A DNA stretch of 64,000 nt from a virus: IMG/VR virus record IMGVR_UViG_3300030497_000008, positions 32,001 to 96,000 of that record, one strand, 5' to 3'. Within the stretch, counting starts at the first letter, position 1, and the number at the start of each line of letters is the position of its first letter. Of the stretch, positions 56,459 through 64,000 are shown piece by piece. The translations under genes were made by a program, and so were the position numbers. A model generated the notes under the pieces. That model was not told the origin of the DNA. It saw only the letters and a list, made by a program, of their open reading frames with translations, and did no database searches.

Positions 56459-59400
56459 GTGAAGTACATGGCAAATGTTAATTTAAATGAAGCACCATAC
56501 TACGATAGATTTGCACCAAACAGCAACAGAGAAAGAGTCTTGTTCCATTCGGACAGGGCTCTACAACAATCTGAGTTGAACGAGATGCAATCCATCTTTG
56601 ACTTTAACGTTAAAAGAATGGGTGACAGTATCTTTAAAGACGGTGCAATCCAATCAGGTATGGCATTCAATTTTACATACGTAGACCCAAAAGACAAAAC
56701 AAAAGGCGTTACCGCTATCACCGTTGAAGATGGTTTTATTTATTTAGCTGGTAAGATTCGTTCATTCACAGCACAAACCATTCCATTCACAGGCAAAGGT
56801 AAAGAGATTATCGGTGTCGAACTTTCACAGAAAGTAATCACATCAGCAGACGACCCTACATTACTTGACCCAACTCAAGATGTAGCTAACTATCTATCAG
56901 AAGGTGCAGATAGATTAGAAGAGCGAGTAGTGATTACTTACAATAAAGATGCAGCAACATCTATCTATGAATTTAATGATGGCGATTTATTCATCGAGCC
57001 AGACCGACCAGAGTTCTCTCTAATCAACGATGTGTTAGCACTCCGCGATAAAGAGACATTAGGCTCATACCAAATCGAAGGATTCCAGATGTGGGTGGAT
57101 AAAGGATTAGATGCAAATCATATTACAGTAGGTGTAGATAGCGGTGTTGCTTACGTAAATGGTTACCGAATTTCTAAACCATCATCTACTAGAATACAAG
57201 TTCCAAAAGAGAAGACAACTAGTACCGTTAACCAAGAAGGTTACACATATGACTCTGCTAAACAACGAGTAGTATTAAGTAGCCAGTTCGTTAATAAAGT
57301 GAGCGTAGTTGTTGGTCGTACTGATAGTCCTTCTGAGGCTTCTGGTGGCGTCCGTATCAATAAAGGAGTTAAAGGTGGTAGAGATACAATCCCTGCACAG
57401 TACACAAACATCGACGACAACTCATTGAAAGTGTACGTAGGCTCAACAGTATACATAAAAAACACAGACTATCGTTTAGTAATGGATGGTGGTATTCAGT
57501 ACATCCAGTGGGGTATTAACCTAAATGGTAAAGAGCCAGATACAGGTACTGCCTATAACTTAACATTCGAATACGATAGAGTCATGGTAGAGAATACAGA
57601 CTACAAGGTTGTTCGTACAGATAACGAGAACGGTATCGGATGGCTTACAGAGGTATTATTCAACGTAGCTGGTGGTACAAGACCTAAAGCAAACGGTAGA
57701 ATTTCTGTTACATATGACTACACACTATCTCGTGAAGATATCGTAACACTAGATATGAAAGGTAACTTCACATTAATCCAAGGTCAACCAGCTCGTGAAG
57801 GTGACGCTCGTATCCCAGATAACGTAGACCCATTAACATTCAAGATTGGTAATATCCATTTATTCCCTAACTCTGATGAGGCTATCGTTAAGAACACAGC
57901 CGTTATGCGACTACGTATGGAAGACTTGCAGGTTATGAAAGCTAGACTTGAAAACGTCGAGTACAACCAAGCTATCCTTATGCTAGAGAAACAAGCAACA
58001 AAATCTCAAGACCCGTTAACGATGCGTGGCGTATTCGCAGATGCTTTCACTGACTTCTCTCGAATCGATAAAGCAGAGACAACAGTTGCATTCTCTTTCG
58101 ACGATGCTCATATTACATTGTCAACGAATACACCAGACAACCAGAAGGTTCGTCCTAAATTTATGGAGAACGAGTCAGTAGCGAAGTCATGGGGACGATT
58201 AGTAACAGCCCCGTTCACAGAGACAGCAGAGATTGTACAACCGTTAGCAACATCTCCTATGAACGTTAACCCGTACCAAGTATTCAACAAGCAAGGTTTA
58301 CTTAAGTTAGAACCTTCTGCTGATAACTGGATTGACGAACAGAGAATTACGTTATACAATGAAGAGTTTGCAACTACGAACATTAACCGTTGGTGGGCTC
58401 ACCAAGGTGACGGTGATGCTGGTAAGTTAAATGACTACAACCAATGGCTAGTAGATAATACAAACTTATTAGGTGGAGCACAATGGAACGAAGCATCATT
58501 AGGTTGGTTGAAAACAGATAAAGCAGAGGGTGTTATGTGGAGCTCCGCTCAGACAACTCGTAATGAGATGGTCGAGTACATGAGACCTATTGACGTTAGC
58601 TTTAGCGTTTCTAACTTAAGTCCATTCGCAAATAACTTGACACTGACATTCGATGGAGTTCGAGTAGATGTAAAACCGACTGGAAGTACAGTAGCAGGTT
58701 CTCAGACAGGTACAGTACGTGCGGATGCAAACGGGGTGGCAACAGGTACATTTAAAATCCCACCAAACATCCGAACAGGAACACGAGAAGTTACAATCCG
58801 TGGTGGTACAGCAACAAACGTTACCGACCAAGCGACAACAACTTTCTCAGCTCAAGGTACTGCAAAGATTACAACGGATACAATTACACGTACACACGTT
58901 ACGTTCAACTTGTATGACCCGTTAGCACAATCTTTCGCATTCCCACAAGCACGTGTCGTATCATCTGTAGGTGTTTATTTCGCATCTAAGCCAGCTTCAA
59001 CAGCAACATCAGAGAATATCATCATGCAGATTCGTGGACTATCTGACGGAGGTTTACCAAACCGTACAGTGTACGCAGAACGTGTATTAACTCCTAAAGA
59101 CATCAATGTATCTAGTGACGCAACATTAGAAACTAAGATTGCACTTGATGACCCGTTAATGGTTGAAGCAGGACAAAGTTACTGTGTGGTATTCATCACA
59201 GACAGTGCTAACTATACGATGTGGACTGCTACACTAGGAGAGGATACAGTAGGGGTAGAAAAGCAAACTGTAACATCTCAGCCTTACGTGAACGGTGTTT
59301 TATTCAGTTCTTCTAACGCAGTATCATGGACGGTTCACCAAACAACTGACATGAAGTTCAAAATCTATACTGCTACCTTTGCAGAAGAAGGTATTATCGA

Positions 59401-60007
59401 ATTTGATACGATGCGTAATATCGATTCAAACGGCATCCTACTAATGGCTTCGTACTTAACACCAGACAACACAGGTTGTAGCTGGGAAGTTAAAATCGTT
59501 CCACAGTCTAGCATGGGAACTGTATCCATCGATAACGTACCGTGGCTGCCACTATCAAACTACTCAAGTCAACAGACACCATTCGTTGTTGGGTTAGCGA
59601 AGTTACGAGCCAAGTTCAAATCGAATCGTTATATCTCACCGATGTTAGCCCTAGATGATTTACTATTCGTAAACTTCGTAAGCGCGACGGAAGGTAAGTA
59701 CACAACAAGAACGATTGACCAGAAGGATGCACCTTTCAATACAATCATCATCGAGTACAGCGAAGCAGCTCCAGCAGGTACAAGCGTAACACCTCAGTAC
59801 TCGTTAAATGGTGGTACGAACTGGAACGACTTTAAAGGAGCTAAGAAGACTGCACCAGACACAGCAGAGTTCACACGTATCTCTATTACTGAGACTGTCG
59901 GAAACAACCAGACATCAGTTAAGTATCGTTTACTGCTTAAAGGTGATAATCGATTCTTACGTCCACGTGTTAAGAAACTTACAGCGTTAAATAGAACGAG
60001 CATTTAA
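56459..60007 (+). CDS. tail/adsorption protein (DUF4815-like)
   Basis: PYYDRF..RALQQSELNEMQS; YDPLAQSF. Confidence 0.85.
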   Translation: MKYMANVNLNEAPYYDRFAPNSNRERVLFHSDRALQQSELNEMQSIFDFNVKRMGDSIFKDGAIQSGMAFNFTYVDPKDKTKGVTAITVEDGFIYLAGKIRSFTAQTIPFTGKGKEIIGVELSQKVITSADDPTLLDPTQDVANYLSEGADRLEERVVITYNKDAATSIYEFNDGDLFIEPDRPEFSLINDVLALRDKETLGSYQIEGFQMWVDKGLDANHITVGVDSGVAYVNGYRISKPSSTRIQVPKEKTTSTVNQEGYTYDSAKQRVVLSSQFVNKVSVVVGRTDSPSEASGGVRINKGVKGGRDTIPAQYTNIDDNSLKVYVGSTVYIKNTDYRLVMDGGIQYIQWGINLNGKEPDTGTAYNLTFEYDRVMVENTDYKVVRTDNENGIGWLTEVLFNVAGGTRPKANGRISVTYDYTLSREDIVTLDMKGNFTLIQGQPAREGDARIPDNVDPLTFKIGNIHLFPNSDEAIVKNTAVMRLRMEDLQVMKARLENVEYNQAILMLEKQATKSQDPLTMRGVFADAFTDFSRIDKAETTVAFSFDDAHITLSTNTPDNQKVRPKFMENESVAKSWGRLVTAPFTETAEIVQPLATSPMNVNPYQVFNKQGLLKLEPSADNWIDEQRITLYNEEFATTNINRWWAHQGDGDAGKLNDYNQWLVDNTNLLGGAQWNEASLGWLKTDKAEGVMWSSAQTTRNEMVEYMRPIDVSFSVSNLSPFANNLTLTFDGVRVDVKPTGSTVAGSQTGTVRADANGVATGTFKIPPNIRTGTREVTIRGGTATNVTDQATTTFSAQGTAKITTDTITRTHVTFNLYDPLAQSFAFPQARVVSSVGVYFASKPASTATSENIIMQIRGLSDGGLPNRTVYAERVLTPKDINVSSDATLETKIALDDPLMVEAGQSYCVVFITDSANYTMWTATLGEDTVGVEKQTVTSQPYVNGVLFSSSNAVSWTVHQTTDMKFKIYTATFAEEGIIEFDTMRNIDSNGILLMASYLTPDNTGCSWEVKIVPQSSMGTVSIDNVPWLPLSNYSSQQTPFVVGLAKLRAKFKSNRYISPMLALDDLLFVNFVSATEGKYTTRTIDQKDAPFNTIIIEYSEAAPAGTSVTPQYSLNGGTNWNDFKGAKKTAPDTAEFTRISITETVGNNQTSVKYRLLLKGDNRFLRPRVKKLTALNRTSI

Positions 60008-60020
60008 CAGGAGGGATTAT

Positions 60021-60215
60021 ATGCCATTAGAACGAAGAGATAAGTCGGGAGCGTTAGTATTCGCTCCTACTGATTCTGAAATAAAGCATTTAGCAACGTT
60101 AAGAAACATCCAAGATAAGTCAGAAGAGCTTGATACAAAGCTTGCAGAAGTAGATAAAATGAAAGAAGATTTAACAGCATTAATAGCACAAATGAAAGAA
60201 AAGGTCACTATGTAG
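60021..60215 (+). CDS. small coiled-coil protein
   Basis: RDKSGALVFAPT; 64 aa. Confidence 0.7.
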   Translation: MPLERRDKSGALVFAPTDSEIKHLATLRNIQDKSEELDTKLAEVDKMKEDLTALIAQMKEKVTM

Positions 60216-60228
60216 TGACCTCTTTTTT
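60202..60228 (+). terminator. terminator at end of structural module
   Basis: AGGTCACTA/TAGTGACCT followed by a T-run. Confidence 0.75.
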
Positions 60229-60289
60229 ATGGATTATTCTGAACATTGTTATAATTAATATATAAGCAAAAATAAGAGGAGATGAATGA

Positions 60290-62062
60290 ATGAAGATAAC
60301 AGTTGGAATCATCTATACACACGTAGATTTCGATGGAGATACATTAAAAGAGGAAAAGGTAAAAGACCATATGCATCATAAGTTAGGAGTAAAAGACCCT
60401 AACGCTATACATTCAAGAGCATATAAGAGCGGAGCATGGGATGGTATTACAGATTACTACGATATGAAAGAGAACTCGTTCCCTACAGGACTAGTAAATT
60501 TATTCTTAGAAGGTATCCGTGAAATGCAAGAGTACCTTCCAAACCTTACATATGAATTAATAGATAATAGACCATCACCATTATTACACCCTGATAATCT
60601 AGATAAAGAGATTGAGCTTATCAAGGATGGACAAACTATCACATTACGTGACTATCAATATCGTGCAGTAGAAGCAATCATTCGTGACCAAATCGGAATT
60701 GTCAACTTAGCAACAAACGCGGGTAAAACGATGTCTGCTGCTGGAATCATTAAAATTCTCATGCCATTGATTGGACGCAATGAACGTATTGTATTCATGG
60801 TACACTCAAAGGATATCTTAAGTCAAGCTAAAAAAAGTATTACAGAGGCATTAGGTATGAAAGAGAAAGATGTCGGACTAGTTGGAGAAGGCAAGTTCGA
60901 TATTAAGAATAAGAAGCTAGTATTCGTTATGAGTCCAACTCTATCAAGTGCATTATCAGACCCGAAGAAAGGTGTGACACTAACACAAAAGGATAGACTT
61001 GTCAAGAAGATGGCAGAAGAGATAGCTCCTAAGTTCCTTGATACAGTAAACACTCGAACATTGATTAAGAATTTCCTAAAGAACTGGAAGCCAAAAACAA
61101 AGAACGATGTCGAGATTGAACAAATCTTAACAGCTCTTGCTTACGATAATGCATATACTGACAAGAAAGTACAAATGGTTCTACGAAGCTACAATGCAGA
61201 GTTCGAGAAAATCCTTCTTAAGAAGAATAAAAAGAATTTCGAAAAATGGAAAACTGCTAAAGATTTTGTCGAATCGGTTCGAGTATTTATTGGGGATGAG
61301 GCTCATAGAATTAAAGGTGATACATGGTACACGAATGCATTGCAATTTTCAAATGCACAATACCGAGTAGCCCTAACAGGTACAGTTGACAAAAAAGATG
61401 TTCATCTATATCAACGTATCCGCGCACTATTCAATGACATCATCGTTAAAGTATCTAATGACGAACTTATCAGTCGAGGCGTTTCTTCCAAACCAAAAAT
61501 CAGAATGTTAGAAATAAAAGAACCTCGCGGTATCGAATTAGCAGATAACTACATGGAAGCTTATAAAGTAGGAATCTCTCAAAATGATTACCGAAATGAT
61601 ATGGCAGTACAAGTAGCCGTTGCATTCTATGAAAAGAAAAAAGCTGGAGTACTATTCTCTGTCAATCATATCGAACACGGTGAAAGTATTCAAGAGAAAC
61701 TTAGAGCCAAAGGTTACGAGTGTTCATTCTTAAAAGGTGAACTAGAATTGGACGAGCGTAAAGAAGTACTTGACAAGTTCTCATCTGGTGAGATACCATT
61801 TATGATTGGTACGACTATTATCGATGAAGGTCTCGATTTAAGTTGTATCGGTTGTCTTGTATTAGCTGGTGCAGGGAAAAGTCTTCGACAAATTCTGCAA
61901 CGTATCGGTCGTGGATTGCGCTTAAATGGTATCGATGGAAACCAAACGTTAGTAATTGATTTTATCGACAAAACACATAAGATTTTACTTAAGCATTCGA
62001 AAGAAAGACTTAGAATCTACCAAGACGAAAAGTTCGATGTCCGATATTTAGGGGCGAAGTAG
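60290..62062 (+). CDS. SF2 DNA helicase (UvsW-like)
   Basis: LRDYQ, ATNAGKT, DEAH, LTGT, IIDEGLD, LQRIGRGLR. Confidence 0.95.
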   Translation: MKITVGIIYTHVDFDGDTLKEEKVKDHMHHKLGVKDPNAIHSRAYKSGAWDGITDYYDMKENSFPTGLVNLFLEGIREMQEYLPNLTYELIDNRPSPLLHPDNLDKEIELIKDGQTITLRDYQYRAVEAIIRDQIGIVNLATNAGKTMSAAGIIKILMPLIGRNERIVFMVHSKDILSQAKKSITEALGMKEKDVGLVGEGKFDIKNKKLVFVMSPTLSSALSDPKKGVTLTQKDRLVKKMAEEIAPKFLDTVNTRTLIKNFLKNWKPKTKNDVEIEQILTALAYDNAYTDKKVQMVLRSYNAEFEKILLKKNKKNFEKWKTAKDFVESVRVFIGDEAHRIKGDTWYTNALQFSNAQYRVALTGTVDKKDVHLYQRIRALFNDIIVKVSNDELISRGVSSKPKIRMLEIKEPRGIELADNYMEAYKVGISQNDYRNDMAVQVAVAFYEKKKAGVLFSVNHIEHGESIQEKLRAKGYECSFLKGELELDERKEVLDKFSSGEIPFMIGTTIIDEGLDLSCIGCLVLAGAGKSLRQILQRIGRGLRLNGIDGNQTLVIDFIDKTHKILLKHSKERLRIYQDEKFDVRYLGAK

Positions 62063-62063
62063 T

Positions 62064-62840
62064 ATGGGTGTCAAAATATGTACTAAATGTCATATAGAGA
62101 AAGAGCTTACCGATACTAATTTTCGAATAAGAAAAGGTAAATATATTTCTCAATGTCGTGAATGTGAGAGAGCATATACTCGAAGAAACCAAAAAGAACG
62201 TTATGCTGCTGATAAAGACAAGATTTTATCTAAGAATAAAAAGTGGCGTGATAAGAATAAAGACTACATAAAAGAGTACAACCACGCCTATCATAAAGAG
62301 TACACCGAGAAGAATAAAGAACTGCTGTTAGAAAAGCAACGTGAGTATAGACGAGACAACGAATCAAACGTTAAAGCAAATCAACAACGCTACTATCAGG
62401 AAAACAAAGAGAATTATAAAGAGAATGGAAGACGTTGGCGTGAGGAGAATAGAGAAAAATATAACGAGATACAGCGGACATGGAGACAAAATAACCAAGA
62501 GAAAGTTCGTATTTACAGGCAGCGACGACGAACATTAGAGGAGTCTACTATTGCAGACCTTACAGAAGAAGATTGGGAGTTTACTAAAGACTATTTTAAT
62601 AATACTTGCGCGTATTGCGGCGATGTTGATTCAAAACTATGTCAAGACCATTTTATACCCCTTACTAGCGGAGGCGGATACACTATTAGTAATATAATAC
62701 CTGCTTGTACGTCTTGTAATAGCAGTAAACATAACAACTCTTTCTTTGATTGGTATCCAAATCATAAGAGTTATAATCAAGAAAGAGAGGAGAAAATACT
62801 ATGTTTTTTAGAAGATGTGAAAATGCTCGGAGCAAAATAA
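62064..62840 (+). CDS. HNH homing endonuclease
   Basis: N-terminal CTKC..CREC, R/K/E-rich helix, CAYCG..DHFIPLTSGG..NIIPACTSCNSSK. Confidence 0.92.
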   Translation: MGVKICTKCHIEKELTDTNFRIRKGKYISQCRECERAYTRRNQKERYAADKDKILSKNKKWRDKNKDYIKEYNHAYHKEYTEKNKELLLEKQREYRRDNESNVKANQQRYYQENKENYKENGRRWREENREKYNEIQRTWRQNNQEKVRIYRQRRRTLEESTIADLTEEDWEFTKDYFNNTCAYCGDVDSKLCQDHFIPLTSGGGYTISNIIPACTSCNSSKHNNSFFDWYPNHKSYNQEREEKILCFLEDVKMLGAK

Positions 62841-62852
62841 TTGTCCTACCAT

Positions 62853-62883
62853 GAAGATAATCTATTGATTGTCTTCTTTTTTT
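62853..62883 (+). terminator. intrinsic terminator
   Basis: GAAGATAATC/GATTGTCTTC followed by a T-run. Confidence 0.7.
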
Positions 62884-62926
62884 ATGCTAATATACTTTTT
62901 GTAAAATAATTTAAGGAGTTGTACAT

Positions 62927-63763
62927 ATGGCAAGAGAACGAATTGACCTGCTTGCAGGTGAGAATACATATAAAGAGTTATCCACATTTACAGACTTGGA
63001 GGAAATGAACAAGACAGTTCGTACATACCGTGACAAGATTAAAGAACTTAAAGTTCGTGAAGATGTGAAGGACAAGCTCTCCAAGTTGATTATGATACTT
63101 AAGAAACATAGCTGCAAACACTTAGGAGTAAGCTTCCTGACGAAACGCTCCATATCAGTAATCATGGGAGTAAGTTATAAGACGGTGCAGCGACTGGTTA
63201 AAAGATTGGTAGACTTACATATGATTCAAGAACATGCAATGAAGCGACCGACAGACATGAGACAGACATCAAATGCAATTACAATTGAGCCATACATAAA
63301 CGAAGAGGAGTCCTACAAGACACCTCAAAAAAATGTACATAACTGTCCGAGCAAGAAAACAACAGCTATAAACCTTAAAACAAAACATAAAACATATAAA
63401 AGATTAAAAGAACGTAATGATTTACATAATAAGAGTAATACTAGAGATAATATAAAAGACGCAGAATTTGTGGCACACTGGGTATCGCCACGTTTCGCTA
63501 ACTTAGCATCTTCTTATTTTGATAAAGCTAAAGACATAGAAGAGTTCTGGAAAGTAGTTAAACAGAATAATAGACCTGTTAACGGTGAGAAACTATTCAC
63601 AAAGTCACAGGAGGAAAAAATTGGCATAGCAGCACTACAAAGTCTTGTTATGAAATACAAAAAAGGCGTTAGAATCAAGAAATCTTTATTCTCATATTTC
63701 CACGGAATTGTGGACAAATTGATGACTAAGTTCTACTTCGATGAAGAATTTATGGCTTGCTAA
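62927..63763 (+). CDS. winged-HTH, replication-initiator-like protein
   Basis: GVSFLTKRSISVIMGVSYKTVQRLVKRLVDLHMI HTH; K/T/N-rich linker; C-terminal helical domain. Confidence 0.7.
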   Translation: MARERIDLLAGENTYKELSTFTDLEEMNKTVRTYRDKIKELKVREDVKDKLSKLIMILKKHSCKHLGVSFLTKRSISVIMGVSYKTVQRLVKRLVDLHMIQEHAMKRPTDMRQTSNAITIEPYINEEESYKTPQKNVHNCPSKKTTAINLKTKHKTYKRLKERNDLHNKSNTRDNIKDAEFVAHWVSPRFANLASSYFDKAKDIEEFWKVVKQNNRPVNGEKLFTKSQEEKIGIAALQSLVMKYKKGVRIKKSLFSYFHGIVDKLMTKFYFDEEFMAC

Positions 63764-63841
63764 TGTGGATAACTTTCTGATTTTGGTATAATAGAGTTAT
63801 AGACCTCTAAGGTGTATCAAAACTTACGGAAGGATGATTAC

Positions 63842-64000
63842 ATGAGCACAGCAACAATAGCTCCAAACGGAGTACTTATCGATGCACAAGTATTGACAGT
63901 AAACAATAAACTTGTAGACGTTCTACAAACGCTTTTACAAAGAGCTAAAAACTCTATTAACAACGTGGCTATATTTAAAAAGACGGAGTTAGCAAAGGAA
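63842..64000 (+). CDS. partial CDS (runs off window)
   Basis: ATG 63842 after AAGGA; open to the window end. Confidence 0.7.
   Translation, partial: MSTATIAPNGVLIDAQVLTVNNKLVDVLQTLLQRAKNSINNVAIFKKTELAKE

Noticed and set aside
150-63717. Many antisense or alternate-frame ORFs in the track (e.g. 150-686, 6584-6934, 23905-24234, 37265-37729, 38508-38969)
   Set aside because: Shadows of well-supported genes; no SD and atypical composition

Overview
64 kb segment of a large, low-GC lytic myovirus. Gene content and order indicate Herelleviridae (Bastillevirinae-like), probably a Bacillus cereus-group phage; this is inferred, no database search was run. 1-16 kb (minus strand): early/metabolic genes (DHFR, dNMP kinase, thymidylate synthase, PcfJ-like, L33-like), a GH25 endolysin and the terminase. 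16-21 kb: membrane/holin-like genes, an XRE regulator, an AT-rich repeat-flanked intergenic region and a tRNA/ncRNA cluster. 21-60 kb (plus strand): complete head, neck, contractile tail, baseplate and fibre module. 60-64 kb: SF2 helicase, HNH endonuclease and a Rep-like HTH gene. Most unusual: three homing endonucleases that sit in host genes with no visible splicing element (inside the anticodon arm of tRNA-Asp, in frame inside ThyA, and at the helicase 3' end with a duplicated C-terminus). Also notable: several unassigned structured RNAs (a pseudoknotted RNA, anti-Shine-Dalgarno-loop hairpins, a misshapen tRNA), a small ORF copying the terminase Walker-A region, a palindromic operator shared by early promoters, WalR/PhoP-type boxes upstream of a 3D-domain gene, and a likely +1 tail-chaperone frameshift.
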